A stretch of DNA of 40,877 nucleotides from a virus: UHGV virus genome UHGV-1515682; one strand, given 5' to 3'. Numbering within the stretch: position 1 is the stretch's first letter; each line of letters opens with the position of its first letter. Position numbers and translations under genes: made by a program. Below the pieces are notes generated by a model that saw only the letters and a program-made list of their open reading frames with translations, did no database searches and had not been told where the DNA came from. Positions 25,297-34,839 of the stretch are shown here, in pieces.

Positions 25297-27810
25297 ATGC
25301 CAGTTGTACCAACAACATCGGGCCGTCAGGTTCAGAGCAGAGGGATTTCGACGCAGGGATTCTCATCGTTTCAGACACCAAATGTCGGTGATGTACTTGG
25401 CGATGTTGCAGAGCAATATGCAGGTATTATTGCGCAGGCAAAACAGCGTGCGAATGTTGCTATGGCTCAGGATGCTTCTCTTAGCTTAAGCCAGATAAGC
25501 AGCGATCTGCTGAATAACCCTGAAACAGGTTTGCTTAACCTGAAAGGGAAAAATGCTATTGGAAAAGGTCAGGAGTATACGCAGCAGTTTGATGCTCAGG
25601 TCGAACAACTGGCTATGTCGCTGCCGGATGAACAGGCTCGTAATGCTTTCATGCAGCAGGCGCAGCAGCAGCGCATTCAGTTCACTACGCAGGCCGGGCG
25701 GCACGAGATAGGGCAAATAAATGCCTACGAAGAAGGCCAGTTTCAGGCTACGCTGCTGAACAATGGTAAAAATGCCGCAGCATTGTATGGCGACAACGCC
25801 GCATACGTATTGGCTAATAAGCAAACTTTCCAGCAAATTGAGGATTACGGCATTGCACATGGCTGGAGTGACGAGCAAATCCAGGCCAAGAAAATCGAGT
25901 TTAAAGAAGCAACAGCAAAAGCAACTGCTCAAAATGCTATTGGAGCAAACTATCTTCAGGTAAGACAGCAAAACGGCGAGTTAAGCGATACTGCTGCTGG
26001 TTCTCGCCGTGCTGTAGCAGATAGTGGCTCTTCCGATCGTACCCGCGGTATACGCAACAATAACCCCGGCAATCTTGAATACAGCAAAACTAATCCGTGG
26101 GTTGGGCAGACTGGTGATGATGGTCGCTTTGCCAAATTCGAAACCCCTGAACACGGTATTCGTGCATTAGGGCGGAACCTGATGTCGTATCAGCGGCAGG
26201 GTATTGATACCGTCAGCGAGATAATTAATCGCTGGGCACCGCCTACTGATAAAAATGACACTATGTCGTATATCAAAGCAGTGTGCGAACAACTTGGCGT
26301 TTCTGCTGATGAGCCTCTCGATGCATCAAATCCTGATACCCTGAAGGCGCTTTGTGCAGCCATTATCCATCATGAAAACGGTAGCCAGCCATACAGTGAT
26401 CAGCAGTTAACTGCAGGTGTTAGTGCTGCGCTGGGGCTTTCTCAGCTACCGACAAAAAATAAACGTTATACCGGTGTAGCCTGGTTCGATGCTTTAAGTG
26501 AATCAGATCAGGCCAGCGTGTTGCGACAGACTGATGCACTAGCCAGACAACAGCAGGCTGAATATAAAACGATGCTCGACAGCCGGGTTCGCGATGCGAC
26601 GGCTGCGTATATGCGTGGCATTGAATTTCCTAACCCACCTGGTGAGGATGATTTTATTGCAGCTTATGGAGTCAGAGAAGGAAACCTGCGATATACCGAG
26701 TTTAAGAATACGCAGATCGCCGGACAGTATATAGGCTCTTTCCGCAACATGCCGACAAGCAGCATTACAGCATATGTTGAGCAATTACGCCCGGATACTG
26801 GTGATACAGGGGAGGGGTATGCGGCACGCGCAACTCTTTATGACAACGTTGTTTCGGCTGCAAATCAGGTGATAAAGCAGCGGCAGTCGGATCCTGTGCA
26901 GTTCTCTCTTGCCTCCGGACAGGCAAAGCCTATCGACATGAGCAATAAGGATAACTTTGGACAGAGCGTTGCCTTGCGTGCCGCTCAGGTCAGTGACCTT
27001 GCTAAGTCATATGGCACTCCACTGACGTTCTTTTCCAAAGACGAGGCCAATCAGATCGGTGTTTTCTTTCGTGATGCTCCAGTTTCCCAACAGGCAGCAT
27101 ATCTCGATACCATCAGGCAGAGCACTGGTGGTGGGCAGGTGTATATGTCAGCACTACAGCAGATCAGTGCCAACGCTCCATCTGCTGCCGTTGCCGGGAT
27201 ACTGATGGATAAGCCTGGTGGTATTTTGGCAGAAAAAAACTGGTTTAATCCAGATGTTTCCGTGTCTCCTGAAACCGCTGCGCAGACAATTCTTGCTGGC
27301 GCGGCGGCTCGTAAAGGTACTGATGATGCGAAAGGTATTCCGATGCCTAAAGATGCTGATCTTCGCCTTGAGTTTTCTGACATGGTGAAGAATGCATTTG
27401 CTGGTGACGCTCAGGGCGCATCAATGGCATACGAGATCGCAAAGGATTATTACGCTGGTGTGATGGCGAAAAAAGGCGTGGTATCAGGCGAAATTGACAA
27501 TGATGTCTGGAAACAGGCTGTTAACGTAGCTACAGGTGGCGTGCATGACTATAACGGAATGGGGAATGTCCTTTTGCCGTGGGGAATGTCTGCAGAGCAA
27601 TTCGATAAGCAGGTTAATCAGGCTTGGAATGAACAAGTTGTCGGCTCCGGGATAAAAACACCGCCTGGTCAGTATGGTTTGCAAAGTTACGGCGATAGTC
27701 AGTACCTGGTGAAACTTGGTACTGGTTATCTGCTGAAAGATGATGGTTCTCCCGTTGTTCTTAATCTGACACAGAAGCGTCAGAGATTCTCCGGAGATAT
27801 TCCGCAATGA
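25297..27810 (+). CDS. Large internal virion/ejection protein
   Basis: 837 aa; first of three large proteins before tailspike; central GIRNNNPGNLEY region of uncertain assignment. Confidence 0.55.
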   Translation: MPVVPTTSGRQVQSRGISTQGFSSFQTPNVGDVLGDVAEQYAGIIAQAKQRANVAMAQDASLSLSQISSDLLNNPETGLLNLKGKNAIGKGQEYTQQFDAQVEQLAMSLPDEQARNAFMQQAQQQRIQFTTQAGRHEIGQINAYEEGQFQATLLNNGKNAAALYGDNAAYVLANKQTFQQIEDYGIAHGWSDEQIQAKKIEFKEATAKATAQNAIGANYLQVRQQNGELSDTAAGSRRAVADSGSSDRTRGIRNNNPGNLEYSKTNPWVGQTGDDGRFAKFETPEHGIRALGRNLMSYQRQGIDTVSEIINRWAPPTDKNDTMSYIKAVCEQLGVSADEPLDASNPDTLKALCAAIIHHENGSQPYSDQQLTAGVSAALGLSQLPTKNKRYTGVAWFDALSESDQASVLRQTDALARQQQAEYKTMLDSRVRDATAAYMRGIEFPNPPGEDDFIAAYGVREGNLRYTEFKNTQIAGQYIGSFRNMPTSSITAYVEQLRPDTGDTGEGYAARATLYDNVVSAANQVIKQRQSDPVQFSLASGQAKPIDMSNKDNFGQSVALRAAQVSDLAKSYGTPLTFFSKDEANQIGVFFRDAPVSQQAAYLDTIRQSTGGGQVYMSALQQISANAPSAAVAGILMDKPGGILAEKNWFNPDVSVSPETAAQTILAGAAARKGTDDAKGIPMPKDADLRLEFSDMVKNAFAGDAQGASMAYEIAKDYYAGVMAKKGVVSGEIDNDVWKQAVNVATGGVHDYNGMGNVLLPWGMSAEQFDKQVNQAWNEQVVGSGIKTPPGQYGLQSYGDSQYLVKLGTGYLLKDDGSPVVLNLTQKRQRFSGDIPQ

Positions 27811-29609
27811 GTTACTTTGGCCTTAATCCAGTAAACCAGAATCAGCAGCTTGACGAAGCAGCATCAAATCCAGCTGGCTTTAACAGCGATGTTGGTTTTT
27901 TCGACAATGCTGTAGGAGCGGCATTGTCTGGTTTGTACTCCGGGCTGGTGGCAAAGCCAGATCAGTTGCTATGGGCAGGGATGGATAAAATCGTATCCCC
28001 GATTGCTCAGTTTGTTAACGAAAACACCTCGATCAATGACACTTCAGTTTCATACATTGCTGAGCAGAGAAAACTAGCAGAGCAGCAGGTTAAGCGGCTG
28101 ACGCCTGATGCCGCGACAACCGGAACCGCCGGGCAGGTCCTTTATGGGTTGTTCGATATGGGCGGGCAGGCTGTTGTCGGTACAACGCTCGGTGGTCCGG
28201 TCGGAGGTGCTGCGGCGGTAACTTCTCTACAGGGTTTTTCTGAGTTTGAACGGCTTACAGCACAGGGTGTTGATTTCAGGACGGCGCAGGAAGCGGGATT
28301 AGTGCAGGGTATTACTGCTGGTGCCGGAACACTGATCCCTATGAGCCTCGGGTTACGTGCTGGTGGTGCGCTGGCGGAAGGTGTGGCGGCTCAGCTTGCG
28401 CGGACGGGTGAAAGTTCAGTGCGACGCGCCGCAGCAACAGCAGTACGTGCAACGCCAGATATTGCCTATGCCGCAGGTACAAATATTGCGTTCGGTATGG
28501 CACAGCGTGGGCTTACTGCAAAAACGCTTCGTGATGGTGGCTATAGCGAAATGGCTAACCAGTATGATGTGTTGGATCGACAGGCAATTGCTATTGATGC
28601 TGTTCTTGGGGTGGCGTTTGGTGGTGTCGGCAGATTTATTAACTCTCGCGGCGAGTCTACAAGCGCACCAAATTTTTCACCAGTTGATATCGATGCTGCA
28701 CTGGCGGCGAATGCCGCTCATCATGCTGAAATTGATATTGCTCCCGGCGTGCCGATCAACGTGCTTTCGCGTAATTCGCACATTCAGGCTCTGCGAAAAG
28801 CCATGTCTGATGTTAGCCAGGGGAGACCTGTAGACGTTGCCAGCATTGTTGAGTCTGCATCTTTCAGTGAAATTCCTGGACGCAAGAGTCTGCTGTCTCA
28901 GGCAGTTAATGAGGCTCTGTCATCTGTAGATGATGGAGTAACGGCGCGCGCTATAGAAAATCGGTTGCTTGAAGAACAGGCCGCGCAGCTTTTGCCGCGT
29001 GGCGATAGACAGGTTTACCAGTCTGAAATCGCTAATAGCCAACGAATTATTGAAAATCTCACTGAACAGCGCGCACAAATTCTTGCAGAAGATCCAGCCG
29101 GTAGCGGTAAGGCTTTATCTCGTGCTCGATCAGATAAACAGGCCAGACTTCGCGATATTGACCAACGAATCCGGCAGGCACAAGAACGCCTGGAATTTTC
29201 TCGTAACGCGTTGGCACCGCATGAGCCTGGCGGTCAGTTTTTTGAAGCTCGAGCAGAACTGGCTCGGAGACAGCAGGCAGAAAGTGAACTTAATGCTCAG
29301 GCTGTTTCATTCTATAAAACAGCAGAGGTCAGGACGCCAGACGAAGTAGCTCCTTTTGAGCCTGATAAAATATTGCAACAGGCAGAACAAAAAATGATGT
29401 CAGATCAGGCAGGAGATATTGATTTGCGCATAGCTGAAGACTCGCTGCTTGAATCACCTGACATGATAATCACCGTGCTGGATGATGATGGTAATCCACA
29501 ATCGCGCAGTGCGCGTGAAGCACTGGATGAAGCGAACAGGGAAAGTGAGCAGGCAATACAGGATTCCAGCCTGTTTGATGTCGCTGTGGCGTGTTTCTTG
29601 AGAGGTTAA
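27807..29609 (+). CDS. Large internal virion/ejection protein
   Basis: 600 aa; Gly/Ala-rich N-terminal half; ATGA coupling. Confidence 0.55.
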   Translation: MSYFGLNPVNQNQQLDEAASNPAGFNSDVGFFDNAVGAALSGLYSGLVAKPDQLLWAGMDKIVSPIAQFVNENTSINDTSVSYIAEQRKLAEQQVKRLTPDAATTGTAGQVLYGLFDMGGQAVVGTTLGGPVGGAAAVTSLQGFSEFERLTAQGVDFRTAQEAGLVQGITAGAGTLIPMSLGLRAGGALAEGVAAQLARTGESSVRRAAATAVRATPDIAYAAGTNIAFGMAQRGLTAKTLRDGGYSEMANQYDVLDRQAIAIDAVLGVAFGGVGRFINSRGESTSAPNFSPVDIDAALAANAAHHAEIDIAPGVPINVLSRNSHIQALRKAMSDVSQGRPVDVASIVESASFSEIPGRKSLLSQAVNEALSSVDDGVTARAIENRLLEEQAAQLLPRGDRQVYQSEIANSQRIIENLTEQRAQILAEDPAGSGKALSRARSDKQARLRDIDQRIRQAQERLEFSRNALAPHEPGGQFFEARAELARRQQAESELNAQAVSFYKTAEVRTPDEVAPFEPDKILQQAEQKMMSDQAGDIDLRIAEDSLLESPDMIITVLDDDGNPQSRSAREALDEANRESEQAIQDSSLFDVAVACFLRG

Positions 29610-29614
29610 ATTAA

Positions 29615-32089
29615 ATGAGACAGGAATGTATACAAGCGGTTCAGCAGGCGGCGCAGCGCATGTTAACGGCGCGAGAAATACAGAACATTGAAGACCGCAT
29701 TTATCGAAATATGCGCTCCATTGCTCGTGATGACCCTATGTCGTGGCGACAACTTTCCGAATCAGAGCGGCTATATCGAGCAGCACAATTGGCATCTGAA
29801 GAATTACAGCGAGAAGCGGCATTAAAGAAACGTCGTGTGGCTCTCACTATAGCCGCGCGTCAGAGATTGGATAAATTTATCAATAGCTATCAAGGGGCTG
29901 ATGGGAAACTTGGCGCTCTTAACCGTACTATAGCTTTTAATGCAGACGGTAAATCTAATTTCCTCTCTGTTGAATCCAGAACAAAAGCCACCCGTGATTA
30001 TGCATTGAGTCAATTGCAGGAGGCATTCGAAGCAGTTGATCCTCGCTTTTTTGGTCTGTTTGAAGATGAAGCGGGCGTACGTGACCTGGTATATGAAATG
30101 CGGGGGCAAAATACTGGCAATGCTAAAGCAAGAAACGGTGCTAAGGCGTGGAGAGAAGTTACAGAGCTGCTGCGCCGCCGGTTTAATGATGCTGGTGGGG
30201 ACATTGGCTATCTCGAAAACTGGGGGATCCCTCAACATCATTCTATGGAAAAGGTTGGGGCAGTATCAAAGGATAAGTGGGTTAGCGATGTTATAGGTAA
30301 GCTGGATCGCAAATATTATATCCGAGCCGATGGACAACTGATGAACGATGCCGAGTTGTCTTCATTTCTTGGAGAGGCTTATAACACGATCGCTACTGGT
30401 GGGCTGAATAAGCTTACTGATACCGGAATGCGAATTTCCGGCGCACGTGCTAACCGTGGTAATGCATCACGACAGATACATTTCAAAGATGCAGATTCCT
30501 ATCTGCAATATCAGCAACTTTATGGCGATCGCTCTCTATGGGAAATCATGGTCGGTCACCTGGAAGGTATCAGTAAAGATATTGCACTGGTGGAAACATA
30601 TGGCCCAAACCCCGATCATGTTTTCCGCTCTCTTCTTGATCAGGTGAAGGCAGAAACGGCAACAGCTAACCCGAGTAAAACCGGTAAAGTCGAGCGGCTG
30701 GCGAACAACACAGAGAATCTGTACAACTTTATTTCCGGAAAGACACAGCCTGTAGCGAATCCGCACATCGCGCGATGGTCTGACAATATCCGCAACTGGC
30801 TGGTTGCCAGCAGACTCGGATCCGCGTTGCTGTCATCGTTCTCTGATCTTGGAACCATGTATCTGTCTGCGAAGGTTACCAACCTTCCAATGAACCAGTT
30901 ATTCCGCAACCAGCTTGAAGCTATGGACCCAACGAACCGTACAGAACTTGCGCGGGCGCGCCGCGCTGGTCTGGCGATGGAATCTCTACTTGGCAGCGTT
31001 AACCGCTGGGCGATGGATAATATGGGGCCGTCAGTGTCTCGTTGGGCGGCAACGGCGGTAATGCGTGCCAGTGGGCTTACAGCATGGTCAGATGCGCACA
31101 AGCGCGCCTATGGCGTAACCATGATGGGAAGCCTGGGAGAAGTAGTGTCACGGACACCAGACCTTCGTAGCCTCGATGACTCTGATTTTCGTATCCTGAA
31201 AAGCAAAGGGATTACTGACATAGACTGGAGCGTATGGAAGCTGGCGAAACAGGAGGACTGGGGGAACGGTAATAATACGATGCTGACACCGGAAAGCATT
31301 ATGCGTATCCCTGATTCAGCAGTTAAACATCTTGGTGAGCCTGAACGCGTGAAATTTGAGGCAATGCGTAAACTGCTCGGTGCCGTAACTGAAGAAGTTG
31401 ATATGGCTGTTATTACACCGGGAGCACGTGAGCAACTGATAACCGGTTCTGGTATTCAGCGTGGAACATGGAAAGGTGAATTAACGAGAAGTGTTTTCCT
31501 GTTTAAATCGTTCCCTATCTCGGTTGTTATGCGTCACTGGTCACGCGCTATGGGTATGCCGTCTGCTGGTGGGCGTGCGGCATATATTGCGACGTTTATT
31601 GCCAGTACGACCATTCTTGGCGCTTTGTCGCAGCAACTTAACGACCTTGCGTCTGGTCGTAATCCTCGAGAGATGACAGGAGAAGATGCCGCAAAATTCT
31701 GGCTTGGTGCTCTACTGAAAGGTGGTGGTCTTGGCCTTTACGGTGACTTTTTATTGTCAGATCACACTAGGTACGGAAGCGGCGCGCTGGCGTCGATGCT
31801 TGGCCCGGTAGCTGGTCTGGTTGATGACGTAGTGAAGATTGCTCAGGGCATACCGTTAAATGCTGTGGAAGGGAAGAGTGAGCAGACTGGTGGTGATCTG
31901 GTGAAGCTGGGGAAAGGTTTGATGCCTGGTGCGAATCTCTGGTACTTGAAGGCGGCTCTCGATCACATGATCTTTAACCAGATGCAGGAGTATTTTTCAC
32001 CAGGCTATTTGCGTAAAATGGAGCAACGTTCGAAGAAAGAGTTTAACCAGACATACTGGTGGCGACCACAGGATGTCACTCCGCAATAA
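29615..32089 (+). CDS. Large internal virion/ejection protein
   Basis: 824 aa; C-terminal Gly-rich hydrophobic region. Confidence 0.55.
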   Translation: MRQECIQAVQQAAQRMLTAREIQNIEDRIYRNMRSIARDDPMSWRQLSESERLYRAAQLASEELQREAALKKRRVALTIAARQRLDKFINSYQGADGKLGALNRTIAFNADGKSNFLSVESRTKATRDYALSQLQEAFEAVDPRFFGLFEDEAGVRDLVYEMRGQNTGNAKARNGAKAWREVTELLRRRFNDAGGDIGYLENWGIPQHHSMEKVGAVSKDKWVSDVIGKLDRKYYIRADGQLMNDAELSSFLGEAYNTIATGGLNKLTDTGMRISGARANRGNASRQIHFKDADSYLQYQQLYGDRSLWEIMVGHLEGISKDIALVETYGPNPDHVFRSLLDQVKAETATANPSKTGKVERLANNTENLYNFISGKTQPVANPHIARWSDNIRNWLVASRLGSALLSSFSDLGTMYLSAKVTNLPMNQLFRNQLEAMDPTNRTELARARRAGLAMESLLGSVNRWAMDNMGPSVSRWAATAVMRASGLTAWSDAHKRAYGVTMMGSLGEVVSRTPDLRSLDDSDFRILKSKGITDIDWSVWKLAKQEDWGNGNNTMLTPESIMRIPDSAVKHLGEPERVKFEAMRKLLGAVTEEVDMAVITPGAREQLITGSGIQRGTWKGELTRSVFLFKSFPISVVMRHWSRAMGMPSAGGRAAYIATFIASTTILGALSQQLNDLASGRNPREMTGEDAAKFWLGALLKGGGLGLYGDFLLSDHTRYGSGALASMLGPVAGLVDDVVKIAQGIPLNAVEGKSEQTGGDLVKLGKGLMPGANLWYLKAALDHMIFNQMQEYFSPGYLRKMEQRSKKEFNQTYWWRPQDVTPQ

Positions 32090-32097
32090 AAGGAGAT

Positions 32098-32232
32098 ATG
32101 ATGGTTCAAATAACTTTTATTGTACTAATATGTGCAGCGTTTTTATGCTATTCATACATTTTGATAAAAATGGGTTTCAATTGGAATCTCTGTTGCGTGC
32201 AGCGGCATGGTTCGGCTTTGTAGTATTCGGAA
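32098..32232 (+). CDS. Small hydrophobic peptide (44 aa)
   Basis: ATG 32098/32101 preceded by AGGAG; hydrophobic product; AT-rich; below ORF-track cutoff. Confidence 0.3.
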
Positions 32233-32308
32233 TTGTATTGTTCGGAAGAATAATAAAATAACTAGTTAATTTGTGGATTGGTGCTGTTTTTCCATGATAG
32301 GGGTAATT

Positions 32309-32689
32309 ATGAGAAAAGTATTTTTGATTTTTGGATTTATGCTTCTCGTTGGATGCCAGTCAGCTGCACAGTTTGAAAGAAATATGCTTACGTGGCGCGG
32401 GCAGAGTATAGACGCAATGGTTCAGCAGTGGGGGTATCCTCAGGGAGAGCTTACATCTCCAGATGGAAACAGAGTGTATGTTTACTCAAGCTCTGGTAGT
32501 TATAACGTACCACAAACCACAACGTATAATACTACGTCTAATCTAATTGGTAATACTATATATTCAAACACATACGCAACAACTGATGGCGGTTATACAC
32601 TCCATTTCAGTTGCTCTGTTTACGTTGAGTTTGGTGCTGATAAGATTATTAAAAATGTTACATGGCGCGGTAATAATTGCGTTGCGTGA
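32309..32689 (+). CDS. Cargo lipoprotein
   Basis: 126 aa; signal peptide with lipobox (MRKVFLIFGFMLLVGC); AT-rich; Ser/Thr/Asn/Tyr-rich mature region. Confidence 0.6.
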   Translation: MRKVFLIFGFMLLVGCQSAAQFERNMLTWRGQSIDAMVQQWGYPQGELTSPDGNRVYVYSSSGSYNVPQTTTYNTTSNLIGNTIYSNTYATTDGGYTLHFSCSVYVEFGADKIIKNVTWRGNNCVA

Positions 32690-32697
32690 CATGTCAC
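32686..32697. repeat. Perfect 12-bp palindrome GTGACATGTCAC (copy 2)
   Basis: Overlaps stop codon of lipoprotein gene; immediately followed by terminator. Confidence 0.5.
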
Positions 32698-32722
32698 AGG
32701 CCGCTTTCGCGGCCTTGTTTTT
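32698..32722 (+). terminator. Rho-independent terminator after lipoprotein gene
   Basis: aggccgc-tttc-gcggcct hairpin followed by tgttttt. Confidence 0.65.
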
Positions 32723-32882
32723 AACGAATGCCACCGCCACCCGGGCGGGAATCCGCAGAACGCCCACCGCAGCGGGAGCCGTCAGCGGCAGTATCGCTGT
32801 CGTGCTGACAACGACCGGCAAAGGCCTGAGTTGAAGCTACCAGAGACAACAAAACGAACAGTGCAGCAAATGCTTTTTTCAT
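32721..32882 (-). CDS. Possible small secreted peptide (53 aa)
   Basis: Internal ATG gives MKKAFAALFVLLSLVASTQAFA signal-peptide-like N-terminus; mature part low-complexity and GC-rich, so may be spurious. Confidence 0.25.
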   Translation of the reverse strand: MKKAFAALFVLLSLVASTQAFAGRCQHDSDTAADGSRCGGRSADSRPGGGGIR

Positions 32883-32943
32883 TGTGACATTTCCATCTAT
32901 AAGCCACCTCAATGTGGCGTCAATGAGTGTAGCACTGACTTTT

Positions 32944-32966
32944 GTTTCGTCCACAAAAAAGCCCGC
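32944..32966 (-). terminator. Rho-independent terminator after 32981-33613 gene
   Basis: Minus-strand AGAAGCCCGC-AGCG-CGGGCTT followed by T6. Confidence 0.6.
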
Positions 32967-32980
32967 GCTGCGGGCTTCTA

Positions 32981-33613
32981 TTAATGCAGTTTATCTTTGC
33001 TTATAACCAGTAGTCTGTGGGTATGCACATCTTTATCACTGCCCCAACAGAAATCAGCCCACTGGCTATAGAAATCATCCCATGATGTCATGAAGCTAAG
33101 AGGTCTATCTTCTTCAGAGCCATCTGAAACGTATACATTATATCCTGGGGTGTTTATAGCCCAAGAAATCATTCTTTCCCAGAATCTTCTCCCATCGATT
33201 GTTTGTTGCTCATCAGATACAACGATCGCATATTGCTCTAGGAAGAACTGAAAAAAAATCTGAGGCAAACCATGAACAGCACGGTCATGAATAACATTAG
33301 GCGTACGCCATACCATGATCTGCGTACATGTTCTTTTGGCTTCGACGATATCTTCCCGAAAGATTAACTTAACCGCATACACCGTTTCTGGAGTATCGCT
33401 GGTAGTAATCATTCTGTAATGATCGCCATTACAAGATTTTACAAGGCGATAACCATAAGGTGTTGTGAATCCCGGAAGAACGAAGTCAACCACACCTTTC
33501 GCTAAGTAGCTTTCGGTGTGACTAGTGTTCTTCTCAGACATGTTCAGTTTTCTATCGAAATCTGCTTCTGGGATAATGTATGGCATCGCTTTTCTTGTTG
33601 TATTTGTTCTCAT
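32981..33613 (-). CDS. Cargo protein of unknown function (210 aa)
   Basis: AT-rich ORF with own terminator and operator-like site 60 bp upstream; no recognisable motif. Confidence 0.55.
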   Translation of the reverse strand: MRTNTTRKAMPYIIPEADFDRKLNMSEKNTSHTESYLAKGVVDFVLPGFTTPYGYRLVKSCNGDHYRMITTSDTPETVYAVKLIFREDIVEAKRTCTQIMVWRTPNVIHDRAVHGLPQIFFQFFLEQYAIVVSDEQQTIDGRRFWERMISWAINTPGYNVYVSDGSEEDRPLSFMTSWDDFYSQWADFCWGSDKDVHTHRLLVISKDKLH

Positions 33614-33672
33614 TTCGTCCTCCCATGTTTGGCTACAGGACGCGTTTTGAAGGGAAGATTAAAAATGCTTTC

Positions 33673-33687
33673 TTACCCTTGAGGTAA
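33673..33687. promoter_or_regulatory. Dyad operator-like site ttacccttgaggtaa
   Basis: Perfect TTACC-N5-GGTAA upstream of 33613 gene start. Confidence 0.5.
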
Positions 33688-33758
33688 TAGTACGCTATTC
33701 ACCCCAAGTCTGCAATCTGTACAGAATTATTTAAAGGTACGTCCCTGTGCCGCCGCCG

Positions 33759-34445
33759 TCAGAAGAACCCTGCCTTGTCGTTGATGTACTCCGCGTGCGT
33801 CTGGATATCACGCAGGCATTTGCTCACACCAACGATGTAACAGAACATGGTGGTCAGCTCCGCCGCCGCGCCCGATACGTCGTGCCCGTCTTCCTGTAAC
33901 TGGTTCAGCAGATTCATCAGCAGTGAGTTCTCCGTCAGGCCGAGAACACCAGACGGCGAATGAATCAGGCTACGGTAGCCTGGCTTCAGTGGGGCACTGT
34001 AGGTTTTGTTCTCTATCTTCATCGCCTGCATTACTGCTGACGCCGTGGCGTTGGCTACCTGGTCGGCAACCATCTTTATGCGTTCTTCCTGCGGGAGCGA
34101 GTTTTTAATGTAACTTCCGGTGCGGCGGATCTGAGGAAGAACCTCACCTGTAACCCATTTACGAAAGCGGTATGGGATAGTGCCTGGTGTCACCGCATCG
34201 CGGCAGCGGAGGATCAGTGTGTAGAGGCCTGACTCGTTGATAATATTGGTTTCGCCTTGACGGCCTAAGTTAAATTTAGCCCTTTCATCATCATCAAGAG
34301 ATTTTATTGACATAGTGGGGTTTGTCAGTTGAAGAGCTTTAATAACGTCTTTGGCAACAAACCAAGGATTTCCATCAATAACAATGGCTCGAATGGTTGC
34401 TTCTGATTCAAAATGAAAAACAGATGGGGTTACGTTAGCAGTCAT
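33759..34445 (-). CDS. Bro-N domain antirepressor-like protein
   Basis: 228 aa from ATG 34445; N-terminal Bro-N signature (FHFESEATIRAIVIDGNPWFVAKDV…GLYTLILR…RFRKWVTGEVLPQIRRTGSY); C-terminal ~70 aa homologous to the product of 35591-35848. Confidence 0.75.
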   Translation of the reverse strand: MTANVTPSVFHFESEATIRAIVIDGNPWFVAKDVIKALQLTNPTMSIKSLDDDERAKFNLGRQGETNIINESGLYTLILRCRDAVTPGTIPYRFRKWVTGEVLPQIRRTGSYIKNSLPQEERIKMVADQVANATASAVMQAMKIENKTYSAPLKPGYRSLIHSPSGVLGLTENSLLMNLLNQLQEDGHDVSGAAAELTTMFCYIVGVSKCLRDIQTHAEYINDKAGFF

Positions 34446-34721
34446 AGTGATCACCTTTGTAGTTAGGTTAATCACCACTACCGACGCCAATCGGTTGGTG
34501 GTGAACTGTGCAGGGTTGGCGTAACCGGCTACAAAGGACCCGGCGCACCTTTCGGTGCCCCCACACAGCCCACCATAGAATAGGTGCGCTTTACACATAA
34601 AAAAACCGCTTATGCGGCATATGTGCCTCTGTAGTAATCCGGGACGCCAATCCCGGCACTGGATTTTGCCAGTGCCCGATTACTATGGCACAAGAGGAGT
34701 GCGATGTAAATTTACCGTAAA

Positions 34722-34736
34722 GGTAATGATAAGCGC
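34722..34736. promoter_or_regulatory. Dyad operator-like site ttaccgtaaaggtaa
   Basis: Perfect TTACC-N5-GGTAA in divergent region between ant and 34840 gene. Confidence 0.5.
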
Positions 34737-34804
34737 GAAGAAACATTAAAATCAACCGTATTTGGTTGATTGCGTTTAACGCTTGATCACCTGAAAGCAA
34801 GATA

Positions 34805-34819
34805 TTACCTTTAAGGTAA
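34805..34819. promoter_or_regulatory. Dyad operator-like site ttacctttaaggtaa
   Basis: Perfect TTACC-N5-GGTAA 21 bp upstream of ATG 34840. Confidence 0.5.
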
Positions 34820-34839
34820 TGTTATTGTGAGGAAAAGCA

